This document shows, one piece after another, positions 10,172 to 22,210 of a DNA stretch of 64,000 nt. The notes beneath the pieces were generated by a model that was given only the letters and a program-made list of their open reading frames with translations, was not told the DNA's origin and ran no database searches. Source of the DNA: a virus. Lineage: Duplodnaviria > Heunggongvirae > Uroviricota > Caudoviricetes. Within the stretch, counting starts at the first letter, position 1, and the number at the start of each line of letters is the position of its first letter. The position numbers and the translations under genes are program-made. The stretch lies in IMG/VR virus record IMGVR_UViG_3300021399_000096, one strand, 5' to 3'.

Positions 10172-12241
10172 TCATAGATTCTTAAATAAGTCTGATGGAT
10201 CGAGTTCATCCTCTTCATCGTCTTTCTTTTCTTCAGAATCTTCTTTAGATTCTTCACCTTTAGATTCTCCTGAATTTTCAGAACCTTCTTCATCTGAATT
10301 TTCTTCATCCTCCTTAGGTTCCTTTTCAACGATTTCTCCACCAATCATATCTTCAAATTCTTCTTTAGAAATTCCATATACATCTTCTAATACTTTGGCC
10401 AATTTGCTAGCATAATCAGTATTAGTTAAAATGAATTTAGGTTGTTTATCTTCTTCCTCTTCTTCAGAGTTTTCTTCGTCGCCTTCACCCTCTGCATTAT
10501 CTGCACCATTCTCTTCTTCACCACTTTCTTCACCGGCTGCATCTTCTGTAGGTTGTTCATCAGCAACTTCGCCTTCGCCTAACATTTTTACATATTTAGC
10601 AAATTCATAAGATTCATTAGTGCCTTCTTCTGAATTTTCTTCTTCAGGATTTTCTTCGTTTGATTCTTTAGAACCTTCTTCGGAATTTTCTTCAGATTCT
10701 TCACCTTCCTCTTTAAATGCATCTTCATCCTCAACGTTTTCTAATTCAAATGCATCTTCTGGAATATCTGCATCTAAACAAGCTTGCTTCAAATCATTAG
10801 CAGCTTCTACATCTTTTAATGTTATTTCAATGCGAGATAATTCAACCTCTTCACCTTCATTATTTTCATCTTCGTTGCCTTCTTTATTCTCTTTGTCTTC
10901 TTCATTTGAAGTCTCACCGTTGGCGTCACCACCTCCATTATCTGTAGGTGCTTCATCCTCTCCTTGAGCAGGACCAAATAAATTAGCAAGTTCTTCATCA
11001 GAAATCTCAGTACCGTCTTCATTAAGTTTGTGTAAACATTCCATTCTGGTAGTTCTATATGTGATTTCCTCATCTAAGAATTCAAGAAGTTGTTTTTTTC
11101 TATCGATAGTTTCTGTAGTTTTGGTATCAACTACACTTTCATTTAATACTCTTTCAGATAATGCATCTATGGAAGCCTTAACAGTTTCATAAATAGATTT
11201 TAATTCTTTAAGAGTCATTTTAGCAAATGATTTGCCATTATATCTTACATTTGCATGCAATGAGTGTTTATTCTTTGTTAATGCCTTAAGAGTTTTCTTT
11301 TCAAGTTCTTTTTGATTTTTCTTTTCTTCTTCTTTAGCTTCATTTAATATTTTAGCATCAAGATCAGCTAAAACCGTATCAATTGCCGACTCATTAATAG
11401 TTTTTGTTCCAGGGCAGCAATTATTCTTTTTCTTTTCATCAAGATGACGTCCTTTATGAATCTTTTCAAATCTTGGAAGTTCTTCATCTTCATCATCAAT
11501 TTCATCATAATCAGGATATGCAGCTTCATTATCTAATTCATCTTTAACAACATCACATAATGTAAAAATATCGTCAGCATCTGTTAAATCAAATGCATTA
11601 ATAATATCACCGTCTTCAGTTTCCATATCACCATTAGCTTCAATAGAAATAACTGTATAATTTTCTAATTCAACAACACTATCAAATGTGATATTATCAT
11701 TTTCTCCTAAATTAGATAATAAACTTCTAAGTTCTTCTTGAGCATCTTCAAGAATATCTTCTCCTTCATTTAAGAAGTCATCATTTAAAGCATCTTCTTC
11801 TGGATCTAAATCATTGACATCAACGTCTTCATATTCTGGATAATCTGGTTCATCTGCATCTAAATATGATTGTGTTTCTGAATCAATATCATCATAAGCT
11901 GGATAATCAATAGGTTCACCATCAATGTCATTAAGATAAGCATCTTCATCGGTAACTTCATATGCTTCGGCATCATCACATACATCTGAATTATTTAAGA
12001 AATCTTGAAGAATTTCTATTACTTTTTCTTCAGGTAATCCTTTAACTGTCATAATTGTTGCTGGTTTACCATCTTTTAAACCATGGCTGCCAAATACTTC
12101 AGCACCGGCTTCAACAAAAATATCTCTAAGTTCATTGCAGTCCATTTCAGAATCATCATTACGAATATCAGATACGCAAATTTTTACGCCATCCAATAAT
12201 TCTTCATTAAATTCCTCACTTTCATTTAATTTTCTTCTCAT
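10172..12241 (-). CDS. highly acidic protein, probable head scaffold/core protein
   Basis: E/D-rich, with recurring (L/I/T)NE motifs (KLNES, FLNEG, TINES, ILNEA, VLNES, KLNED, TNES). Confidence 0.6.
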   Translation of the reverse strand: MRRKLNESEEFNEELLDGVKICVSDIRNDDSEMDCNELRDIFVEAGAEVFGSHGLKDGKPATIMTVKGLPEEKVIEILQDFLNNSDVCDDAEAYEVTDEDAYLNDIDGEPIDYPAYDDIDSETQSYLDADEPDYPEYEDVDVNDLDPEEDALNDDFLNEGEDILEDAQEELRSLLSNLGENDNITFDSVVELENYTVISIEANGDMETEDGDIINAFDLTDADDIFTLCDVVKDELDNEAAYPDYDEIDDEDEELPRFEKIHKGRHLDEKKKNNCCPGTKTINESAIDTVLADLDAKILNEAKEEEKKNQKELEKKTLKALTKNKHSLHANVRYNGKSFAKMTLKELKSIYETVKASIDALSERVLNESVVDTKTTETIDRKKQLLEFLDEEITYRTTRMECLHKLNEDGTEISDEELANLFGPAQGEDEAPTDNGGGDANGETSNEEDKENKEGNEDENNEGEEVELSRIEITLKDVEAANDLKQACLDADIPEDAFELENVEDEDAFKEEGEESEENSEEGSKESNEENPEEENSEEGTNESYEFAKYVKMLGEGEVADEQPTEDAAGEESGEEENGADNAEGEGDEENSEEEEEDKQPKFILTNTDYASKLAKVLEDVYGISKEEFEDMIGGEIVEKEPKEDEENSDEEGSENSGESKGEESKEDSEEKKDDEEDELDPSDLFKNL

Positions 12242-12334
12242 TTTAAAATATTATATATTTTTATTATGTGTTATCTATTTTATTATTTATTTTAATAAAA
12301 ATAACTTAAAATATTAGTTTATTGATATTTTTAA

Positions 12335-14662
12335 TTATTTATTGTGCGCTTTTACCATATCTTCAGTACAACCCCATTCTCTATTAATATCTACAAATAA
12401 AATACGATCTTCTGGAACGCCTTGTGCCATTAATTCAGTTTTCTTAGAATTGAACCAATTTTCACCAGTAGCAGTTATAATCCAAATCATATGTTCTACT
12501 TGTTCATAGTCTTTACATATGTCTTTTAACCCATTGTAATTATCACCGCCGTCAGTAATAACAACTAAGAGTGTCCATGGGTCTTGTGTACTATATACAT
12601 CATCATATCGTTGAATAGACCTAATACCATCAATTGCAGATGTTCCACCACCAGCAACTGGAATTTTATTTTTAAGCTCATCCATTAAAGATGATTCATC
12701 ATTAGCATCATCTGATGTCCATTCAAAAATATCATCTCTATGTATTGCACCAGTATTAAATGTTGCAAATGCGGATGTTTCAATATTAACTGCTAATTCA
12801 ATTTGAATCATTTCTGACATAATATGTTCAAAAATATCTATGCCATCTGGGCATCTTACACCCATAGAACCAGATGCATCTACTAAGAAAAATACCTATG
12901 TCATTCCAACTGGTTTGTCAAAATGAGTAGTATTTGGATGCAAATAACGGCCTTTATATAATGGGTGATCTGAACTAAGACCCATACGGCGTTTTGCCCA
13001 GGTTCTTTTGCTTCCTTGCGGCAATTTTTCAGTTAAGAATTGTTCAAGAATAAATCGCCAATCAAATTTTGTTGAAAACAGTTTTTTCAATACGTCTAAA
13101 ACAAATGTAGGAGGATTTCCATCTTTACCTGGTTCTCCATGAGGACGCCAAGTTCTTAATGCATTTTGTGCTTCTTGGAATTTTTTAGTTGCATATTCAG
13201 CTGGAGATTGGTAATCATCTGCATCTAATGGTTGGCCAGCACGTTCTGCAATTTCTCTACATTTTTTTCTCATTTCTTCATCATTTCCAAAGAAGTCATT
13301 TCCATCAAAAGGCATATCTACACCAATTGGTGCTTCATGAGTAAATTCTCCATTAGGATCAAATTCTGTTCCTTGAGCTTTCTCTAATGTTGGATTAGTA
13401 TTACTATTAGATTGGCTTTGTTGACCAGCCTATTGCTATGCTTCATTTCTAGATTGTTGAGAGTTGTTTGCATTAGATACCGCATCTTTAGCAGCTTGCT
13501 GTGCACCTTGTGTATTTCCTTGAGATGCTGCTTGTTGAGCTGCATTAGCCGCATTTTGAGCTGCTTGAGCAGATTGTTGTGCAGCATTAGCTGCTTGTTG
13601 AGCTGCATCTGCAGCTGCTTGAGATTCTGCGGTTCCTTCATTATTTGCTTTTGTTTGTGCAGCATTAGCCGCAGCTTGTGCTTGTTGTGCAGCTTTTTTA
13701 GCTGCATTTGCAGCTTGTTGTGCTTGTTGAGCTGCATCTTTTCCATTCATTCCATCTATCTATTCTTCTGAGGCATTTTGTGAACTATCACCATAATTGC
13801 TAGTTTCTTTTGCAGATTGTATAGCAGATTTTGCATTTGCCTATGCAGCTCTAGTTTTATTAGCTGCCTCTTGTGTAGCATCATATGCTTCTTTTGCTTT
13901 TTGTGCAGCTGTTTCCATGTCTCCATTAGCAGCTGCTTCCTATGCTGCTTCTGCTGCATGCTATGCTGCTTCTGCTGCAGCCGATGCCTAATTAGCTAAA
14001 TCTTGCGCAGCATCAGCAGCTGCTTGAGATTTATCTGCATTCTCAATATCTGTATCATTTCCACTTGCATCAGCATTTGCAGCAGCCTAATTAGCTGCAT
14101 TTTGAGCTTGTTGTGCAGCATTTTGTGCAGCATCTGCAATTTTTCTAGCAGAATTAGCTATATCTGATGCATTATCGGCAGTTGATTGAGGGTTTTTAGA
14201 ATTAGATTGTTGAGAATTGCTGTTATTGGCATTTTTTTGAGCTTCTTGTGCTTCTTTTTCTGATTTTTCCATTTCTTGTTCAATATCAGGAAAAACCATA
14301 TTATCCTATTTATCTTGCCCATTAGGATCATCATTATCTGTTATTTTAACAGGTTTCCAATGATCTAAACCATCATCCGGTTGAGGCATTCCACCTCCTC
14401 CGCCTTTTTTCTTGCTATCTGGTTCTGGATGGTTTGCTGCATATTTTGCATTACGCCATTCATTAATATTAGCCGCGAAGCCATTTAAATATTCTCCTTT
14501 TTGAACTGGAGACAAATTATTATAATTATTTAATTCGTCTAAAGTCAATAATGGCTTTACTAATTTTTCTAATTCAGTTAATTGGTATTCTGTTAATGCA
14601 GACTATTCTGGTACTTCAATAACAGATGCCTCATACAATCTTTTAGTTAAATCGTTTTTCAT
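12335..14662 (-). CDS. vWA (MIDAS) domain protein with Ala/Gln-rich low-complexity spacer (775 aa, code 15)
   Basis: Five track fragments share one frame and join over TAG. C-terminal FLVDASGSMG, GGGTS and LVVITDG; central AQQAA repeats. Confidence 0.85.
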
Positions 14663-14692
14663 GTATTAATTATTTTAAATTATTTTTCTTTT

Positions 14693-15604
14693 TTAAAAGT
14701 TAAACGTTTCTGGATTTATACGTCCACTTTGGATCGCATCAATAGCCTTACGCCAACCATCAGCAAATGGGCTAACTTGTGCTTTAGATTCTTGAACTGG
14801 ATTAACATCCTCATTATTAAATTGATCACTGTCTCCAAAATCTTCTTGCTGTCCATTATCTGTCCAATCATCCCAAACTTCTTCCCATATTTCTTTTTTA
14901 AATATTCTGCCTTTAGAACTGTAAAATTTTGGATTTAAATACCAAATTCCTTCAATTGTTTCTGTCGCACCTCTAAGATCCGGAAAAGTAGATTCAATAT
15001 CTCTATTAATTTCAAGGTCCATTGCAATATTAGCACGACGATGTTCTTCTTGAGATGGATTTGAACCATATTTTAATGCTGCTCGTCTAACATGATTATA
15101 AAACATATGATATATTTCATGAACCACTACAAATCTCATATATTTTGTATATATGTCATAATATTTTGTTACTACATCTTTGTCTTTTAAGTGAGTATTT
15201 CCTAAGGTTTTTGCGACATCATCCATATAAGCATCTGCTTCTCCCAAACCACGTCTTTTTCCAATTAATGTAGATGCAAAAGCAGGAGACATATAAATAC
15301 GTATACCATCAGTAAATGCAGTTTTAGCTTCATATGTCCATATTATCGGTTTTGTAATAAATGGTCTAATAAAAGAATACTATGGATTTGAACGCATATT
15401 ATCTAGCATTCTTTTTGCCAAATTGGCAATTTGTCGTGGATGTATGACTTTTGTTCCACCATTTTCAAGAGGAATAACATCTCTATCAATTTTACTAATA
15501 TCTTTACCACGTATTTTATGCTATTGAGTTCCAGCTTCTTTATATGCTTTAAGCTTATCAGCTGATGTATTTTGACTTATAGACCCCTAATAAATATATG
15601 CCAT
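14693..15604 (-). CDS. DUF2201-type HExxH metallopeptidase domain protein (303 aa, code 15)
   Basis: Extends over 3 TAG to ATG 15604. Motifs TAFTDG, VHEIYH, ANIAMDLEIN. Confidence 0.8.
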
Positions 15605-15640
15605 ATTTTATTAATATTATTGTTTTTATATTTATTTTAC

Positions 15641-15688
15641 AAAAATGAAGGCAAAATACTTTATTAAATATATTTTGCCTTCATTTTT
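15641..15688. terminator. 18-bp perfect inverted repeat, terminator-like
   Basis: AAAAATGAAGGCAAAATA / TATTTTGCCTTCATTTTT. Confidence 0.7.
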
Positions 15689-15707
15689 TATTTTAATATT
15701 TTTTAAA

Positions 15708-18449
15708 TTATTTTGAATTTTCATCATCATAAAAGTCTTTAATAGTTTCAAGAATATTAAGAGCTGGTTTGAATAATCCGTATTTTCTTATAATTGTTGC
15801 CTCATTATATGCTTTAGCCAATTGTGGATTTTTATTAACCATTTGTGTAAATCTCCAAACAATAGTACCTTCTGCCATATAATCATCATCTATACCAAGT
15901 GCTGCAATTAATGGAGCATTAGTAGATGATTGTACAGTTATCTTAGCAATCCAGAATGCAAGATTTGCCATTTTTTGAGCAACTTTTGAATTTTTCAAAA
16001 CATGAACAATAGATTCTTCTAACCCTTCATCTAAAATAGAATCGTGTGCTAATAAAGTTTGAATTGTTCGTATTTCTTTACCATTGGCATCAGTCAAATG
16101 AATAGTATATTCATTTCTATATCTTTCAACTTCTGCTGGAGTTACTTCATATCTTTCTGCATTTTTTGTTATTGCTTCAATATCTGAAAGTATCTGATTT
16201 GGTTTAACATTATCATCAAATGCATCTAATACTTTCATTACAACCTTACTAATTCCACCTGCATTAGATTTCCAAGCAATATCCATATTAGACGTATAAT
16301 CAGATTGTTTTCCAAATAAAATATTGTCAGCTTTTCGCATTTTTGCATCTTTCATTGCACCTGTATTATAAATGGCCTTAATATCATCTCTACTAATAAT
16401 TGCATCGACATTATTATATGTTTCCCATGCTTTAGATGGTATACTATTAGGCCCGGTTTCAAAGCCAATAATTTCTTGAACCATTTTCATAAACATACCT
16501 AAACGGTCGTTCTTTCTAAAATTACCATTTGGATCTAATCGACTATATTTAGCAGTTATTTTATACCATTCTTCTGTTGGTAAAGAATTAAGTTGTTTTT
16601 CGATACTATTTTGATTTAATGTTAATGCCGTATATTCTTCAGTTCCAAATCCATCTTCAGATTTACGAGTTTGTACTATTGGAGAGAAACAAGCTTCATA
16701 TTTTTCAGGATGATTTATAAATATTACATTTTTTAATAATTTTCTAATTGCATTACCAATCTTTTTATGCCATGTACGACCATTCCATGTTAAACGTGAA
16801 CTTAAGAATAAAGCTTTACGTGGATTTGAAATGAATGAACCCATATCATTTATATCTTCTATTGGTAAATCTACCCCAGAGTTCCAATCACCAGCAATTC
16901 TTTTAATATTTGCATCTTTTATTTCTCCACGTGAACCATTTCCAAATGCATCATACCACACGGCATCACCTTCAGTACTTTCAATAAATTTACAAATAAT
17001 TTCGTCAACATGTTGTACACCACCTTCTTCATCAACTTCACGAGCCCAATCTAACCACTCCTTTTTAGTTGGAACATAATTAACCATTGTATAACGACTA
17101 TATTTAGGAATATCCCACATATTATAGAAATCTTTATTTGTATCTGACATGTTATTATCTGATAACCGGTTAGCAGCTGCAATTAATGACCATCTAGATG
17201 CAACTTTCATAGCTTTGTAAATTCTATCACCCATAAGGTTCATCATAATAGTTATAGTTTGTTCATCAGCAATACGAGCTAACTCATCAAAGAATAAAAT
17301 ACCCCCATCAAATGTTTCTCCTGGTAATGAGTCCCAATTAACAACAGGAGTAGATCCATCACTATTCGAAGTTACCCTATTGAATATACTGTTTTTATCT
17401 CCTGGTTTTTTCCTAATACGGAATTTACCACTATTATAGAATTCATTTTTCCATGCAATTTCTTCAGGAGTTAAACCTTCTCTATCAAATACTGGTAACC
17501 ATGTTTGTGGGGCGCCAATTGAAATCTTTTCATCTGCATAATTATATACTGTATCAGGTAAATCAAAGTCATCATTATGCAAACCACCACATGCAACAAC
17601 TACCATATCTAATGTATACCCTTTGCTCTTTTTTATTTCTTTAGCAGCACTCTTAATAATAGCAGTTTTACCAATACCTGGAGCACCCCAAATCAATAAT
17701 GAAAAGTCTTTTCCTTCTTCATCTTCTATCAATTGGTTATAAATATTGGTTTCAATCATACGCTAAAGCGTTTCAGTATCTACATTATCCCCATAAAGAT
17801 CAGTACTTCCACTATATAATGATACGGTTTCATTTAATACTTTACTACTAGCAGTTTCATGATAATATGTTTCATTAACCATTTTAACAGTTTCAGAAAG
17901 TGTCAAACTTTCATTTTCTGGTTTTGCATATTCTCTCATTACTCGAGTCCAATATGTTTCAATTTCCTCTTTTTCTCTAGCAATACTATCAGCAAATGCT
18001 TCATCAATAGTATAATCATTTATTACATCTCCTCCACATGCTGCACATAATTGAAGAGTTTTGTCAGAAGGAACAACTTTAATTGCTTCTGAAAAGTCCA
18101 TCAATGGGTAGTTAATCGGAGAATTAATAAATTCAGTTAATTCATTTCCATCTTCATCAACTGGAATAAGAAACCCACCAATTAAAGAAAGAACTCCTTT
18201 GATTTTTTCCCAAGCCTTTTTTGCTACATCTTTAATTTTCTTTCCAGTTTTCTTAATCATATCTTTAAGAGCACCTTCATTTAAGTATACTTCATTCAAT
18301 GGAATATTTGAATTAGTTTTATCACCAAATTGCATAGTAGCTAATTTAGTAGATTCATTAATAGACAATAATTTTCCATTTAAAGTATATTTCTTGCCGT
18401 TAACACTGTGCACAAGAGTTGCAGGCAAATTTAAGTTGTTATAAATCAT
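15708..18449 (-). CDS. MoxR-like AAA+ ATPase with N-terminal extension (913 aa, code 15)
   Basis: The 228-aa and 683-aa ORFs join via TAG at 17763-17765. Walker A GAPGIGKT, Walker B ILFFDE, sensor AAANR. Confidence 0.85.
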
Positions 18450-18582
18450 ACTTTATATATAAATTATTTTTTATTTTTATCATTTCGATTTTTATATTTA
18501 TTTTAATTAAAACATAATAAAAATAAAAAGAGACAATAACCGATACTGTCTCTATTCTATAGTTTAATTAAATTATAAAAAA

Positions 18583-19428
18583 TTATAAAAGAAAATTAAC
18601 ATGTTTCATTGTATCTTTATAAATTTTTTCATCAACATATTTTAGTTCTTCTATTATATTATTTAATTGTTGTTCTTTAAATCCACCTAAAATATGTTGA
18701 TAATTTAATTCAATTGCTTTATTATACATAGTTTCTGTATCACCTAATAAATTATTAACTTTATATGGTTTTGCAAGTTCATAAAGAAATTGTTGTTCTA
18801 ATATTAAATCAGGAATAGCATTTAAATTTTTATTTAATTCTAATAAACATGTTTTATTATTAATTATATTATTCAATGTTGTAAAATATTCAACTAAATA
18901 TTTTTGTTTTAATTCTTGATTAAAAAATCCAATAGTTCCACAATTATATGAAGGTAATTCATCTAAAGAACAAGAACAGGTTTTAATACCATTTCTTTTT
19001 AATATGTCACGAACATTAGAATAGTATTTTTTTAATGTAGTTTTATCATTTTCAATAGACTGGACAACCATATCATATGAATCATCTGCACATAATTCCA
19101 ATAATTTATTAGATTTGAGAAAAACATCACCATCAATATGAACATCACCTAATGGCATTTTTTCTAAAACCAAAAATTTTCCGCATGCCCATGTACAAGT
19201 CGGAATATGAATAGGAATTGTCAAATCATAAATATTATCATATGGAAGAAACTCTAGCATATCTCTTCCAAATCCATCTGTATATAAATTGATTTTGCCT
19301 CCAAGATGATTAATCCATGCTACAGAAGTTGCATTGCATAATATAGTAGTCAATAATGCAGTTTTGAATTCCACATTACGTCTATTAACTATTAGTGGTT
19401 TAGTCCATAAAGAGTGTACAAAATGCAT
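18583..19428 (-). CDS. DUF6734-like protein (Bacteroidota family, possible glycosyltransferase fold)
   Basis: MHFVHSLWTKP start, VHIDGDVFL, YNCGTIG, LEQQFL. Confidence 0.5.
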   Translation of the reverse strand: MHFVHSLWTKPLIVNRRNVEFKTALLTTILCNATSVAWINHLGGKINLYTDGFGRDMLEFLPYDNIYDLTIPIHIPTCTWACGKFLVLEKMPLGDVHIDGDVFLKSNKLLELCADDSYDMVVQSIENDKTTLKKYYSNVRDILKRNGIKTCSCSLDELPSYNCGTIGFFNQELKQKYLVEYFTTLNNIINNKTCLLELNKNLNAIPDLILEQQFLYELAKPYKVNNLLGDTETMYNKAIELNYQHILGGFKEQQLNNIIEELKYVDEKIYKDTMKHVNFLL

Positions 19429-19541
19429 ATATAAAATAAAATATATTTTTAATAATTTTAAAAAAATATATCATTTAGTTTATTTGTGAAACTATTTCGT
19501 ATTTTATTTTATAATTATTAGAAAAATAATAGTTAATATTA

Positions 19542-20102
19542 ATGAAATTTATAAAACTTAGCATAGAAGAATATCAAGAAAAAACTGAAGCTTTTTTGAA
19601 AAAATATGCAGAGTATATGGATAAACTTGCATCTATTAATATATCTGAGAAAAAAGATATTAAAGAATTATGCAATAATAATTGGGATGAATTTAAAGAA
19701 AAATATCCAGAAAAAGTAAAAGAATACAAAAATTGCCGTAAAACATTATACGATGAATATGGAATATATACAAGTTATTTTAAATGTCCATATTATTGTG
19801 TAATTACAACTAAAGAAGAACTAGATAAAATATGTGATGATGAAGAAGCAAAAAACAGTAAATCATCTTGGTATGTGCATGCATTAAATATTATTAATAA
19901 TGATATTGGTAAGAAATTCCAAGATGAACATGAAGTTGAAACATGCGGAATTTGTAAAGGTGTTGCGCATTTTATAGATGAAATATATTACCTATTAATT
20001 GATGAAAATAATAATTACCATTTTGCATTAAGTGTTAAACCATATAATAAATTGGATCATATGCCATACAAAATGGTAGAAAACGGAAAAGATTATATTT
20101 AA
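19542..20102 (+). CDS. hypothetical protein
   Basis: TAG-free ORF at the start of a small-gene block. Confidence 0.65.
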   Translation: MKFIKLSIEEYQEKTEAFLKKYAEYMDKLASINISEKKDIKELCNNNWDEFKEKYPEKVKEYKNCRKTLYDEYGIYTSYFKCPYYCVITTKEELDKICDDEEAKNSKSSWYVHALNIINNDIGKKFQDEHEVETCGICKGVAHFIDEIYYLLIDENNNYHFALSVKPYNKLDHMPYKMVENGKDYI

Positions 20103-20141
20103 TATAAAAATTAAATTATATTTAAAAATTATTTAAAAATT

Positions 20142-20501
20142 ATGGATAAAATAGAATATGAAAATTTAATAGTCAATAGATTAAAAGATTACATACATAA
20201 AACGTCTTTTAATTTAATGTCTATTATTCAAAAGAAAGTTAAGAAATATAATATTCATAATACAATGGCGGACAGAAATAAATTAGCCTATTATGTATTA
20301 CCAATTATTGAACATTATTTTCTTAGTGAGTATAAATATTGCAACGATGTCGCTGGAGTTGAAGTTATATGTGATGAAAGCATTAATTCTTCAGACCAAA
20401 TTGAAAATGGAATAATTAAAATGGAAGCAAGAGTATATGCTAAATATTGTGGATATGAAATTCCAGTACAAATATTTTTAGAAGAGTTTAAAGATAATTA
20501 A
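20142..20501 (+). CDS. hypothetical protein
   Basis: TAG-free ORF. Confidence 0.6.
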   Translation: MDKIEYENLIVNRLKDYIHKTSFNLMSIIQKKVKKYNIHNTMADRNKLAYYVLPIIEHYFLSEYKYCNDVAGVEVICDESINSSDQIENGIIKMEARVYAKYCGYEIPVQIFLEEFKDN

Positions 20502-20553
20502 TGAATAATTAAATATGAAAGATAATTAATGAATAATTAAATATGAATTGATT

Positions 20554-20826
20554 ATGGACAAAAGAGATTATTACAATTTAAAAGAAATGTTTTCAATCAT
20601 GCAAAATATTGCAAAAATGGTTGATAATGTTTCTGAAATTTTAGAAATATATCCTAATATCAAGGTTATGTCGTTAAAAGATGTTAAAGAATATTTAATG
20701 GATAGATATTCAAAATTTGATGAAGAAACATTTAATAAATTTAATGATTTGATGGCAAAAAATGCAGATTCTAATGAACGACAAGATGAATTTTTAAAAA
20801 TATATAATAAATTAAAAAACAAATAA
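20554..20826 (+). CDS. hypothetical protein
   Basis: ATG 20554, TAA stop. Confidence 0.55.
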   Translation: MDKRDYYNLKEMFSIMQNIAKMVDNVSEILEIYPNIKVMSLKDVKEYLMDRYSKFDEETFNKFNDLMAKNADSNERQDEFLKIYNKLKNK

Positions 20827-20861
20827 AAAATATTTAATAAAAATTAAAAATAAAAATAATT

Positions 20862-21080
20862 ATGAATTGGACACTTTTTTGGATTCTTTTAGGATTTGGT
20901 ATTGGAAACTTAATAGGTTTCGGATTATGGTTACATGAATATATTCATGAAAAGCATAGTATAAAATGGTATAAAGATGGAAAATTTTGGCTATGGTTTT
21001 TCTATACATTATTATTTGGCATTGCATATGCAGGTCTTAAATTAATTTTGTTTATTGTTAGTTTAATTAGAAAAAAATAA
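20862..21080 (+). CDS. small membrane protein
   Basis: Two hydrophobic segments. Confidence 0.6.
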   Translation: MNWTLFWILLGFGIGNLIGFGLWLHEYIHEKHSIKWYKDGKFWLWFFYTLLFGIAYAGLKLILFIVSLIRKK

Positions 21081-21082
21081 TT

Positions 21083-21625
21083 ATGAAAACATATACAATA
21101 CATAAAGGGTGCCATTACTCTAATTTCTTTCCAAGAATTCAATTGCTTTCTCGTGTTAATTATCTGTCTCAACATGGGTGTATTGTGTTTGATGAGAGTT
21201 GTAAATATGAAATTGATGAGGCATCATGTGTGAATAAATTGTTTGGATTTTGTTTTGGATTTGGCGTTCATAAAAATTCTATTAGATTTGGTTGGACATA
21301 CAATGCGCCAACAAATCAAATTTATATTTGGAAATATTTTTATATTAACGGAGAATTAGAAAAAGAAAAAATATTTGCAGGTGAGGTTGGTGAACCACAT
21401 TTCTATGAGATAATAATGGATAAAGCAAATAATGATAAAGATACATATTTCATTACATTAAGAATTGATAATAAACAAGTATATCCAACAGATAATTTTT
21501 ATGATACAATAAAATCAAATAAATGCTTTGTAACAACGCTTGGTCCATATTTTGGCGGAAATACAAGAGCACCTCATACAATGAAAATTGAGTATTATGG
21601 CCGTGAAATGACAAAAGCTTGTTAA
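21083..21625 (+). CDS. hypothetical protein
   Basis: 180-aa ORF. Confidence 0.65.
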   Translation: MKTYTIHKGCHYSNFFPRIQLLSRVNYLSQHGCIVFDESCKYEIDEASCVNKLFGFCFGFGVHKNSIRFGWTYNAPTNQIYIWKYFYINGELEKEKIFAGEVGEPHFYEIIMDKANNDKDTYFITLRIDNKQVYPTDNFYDTIKSNKCFVTTLGPYFGGNTRAPHTMKIEYYGREMTKAC

Positions 21626-21627
21626 TT

Positions 21628-21816
21628 ATGAAAAAGAAAAAAGAAAATACAATAGACATTGTTAACAAATTATTGAAACACCAATGTGATTATTGTTGTT
21701 GGTATTATGAACCTCGAGGGTGTGAATGCCCATTTAATATGAGAGATTGGGCATGTGAAGAAGCTAGGAAAGAACAAGAACGAGATAAAGAGTATTTAAT
21801 GAGAAAATTTAGTTAA
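21628..21816 (+). CDS. small Cys-rich protein
   Basis: CDYC...CEC...C. Confidence 0.5.
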   Translation: MKKKKENTIDIVNKLLKHQCDYCCWYYEPRGCECPFNMRDWACEEARKEQERDKEYLMRKFS

Positions 21817-21822
21817 TTAATT

Positions 21823-22056
21823 ATGATGGAAGAAAATAAAGAAAATGCATATTTAACATGTGGTTGCGCTTGGCAATGTTATTCAAATCGGCGTAGAGAA
21901 GAACTATATAAAAAAGCATTGCAAACAAATGATCCGGCAGATTGGGGAAAAGTTCCAATGATAGGCGCATTAATTGATTGTTTCAATATGGACTGTTTAA
22001 TGCGTAAAAATTATAAACAGGCAATGGAAAATTTAAAAAAAACAAAAATTAAATAA
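21823..22056 (+). CDS. small Cys-containing hypothetical protein
   Basis: 77-aa ORF in the tight gene train. Confidence 0.5.
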   Translation: MMEENKENAYLTCGCAWQCYSNRRREELYKKALQTNDPADWGKVPMIGALIDCFNMDCLMRKNYKQAMENLKKTKIK

Positions 22057-22210
22057 GTATTAAAAATGGAAGAACTTGTATGGACTATTAATATATTTGG
22101 TTTAGAAGTCAGTTGGACAAAATATAAATTACATAATTTTTATCGTGATCCAAATTATAGTTTATTCTATATTGGGCATTTACGTTTCTATAAAAAATAA
22201 TTAATAAAAA

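Noticed and set aside
10167-14000. Plus-strand Ser-rich and Cys/Leu-rich ORFs in the track (10167, 10620, 13412, 13797, 13817)
   Set aside because: Antisense shadows of Glu-rich and Ala/Gln-rich coding on the minus strand. The same applies to 32398, 32738, 44359 and 49692 opposite the LRR genes.
20491-20546. Perfect 28-bp tandem duplication spanning a stop codon
   Set aside because: Two copies in AT-rich intergenic DNA; consistent with slippage, with no evidence of function.
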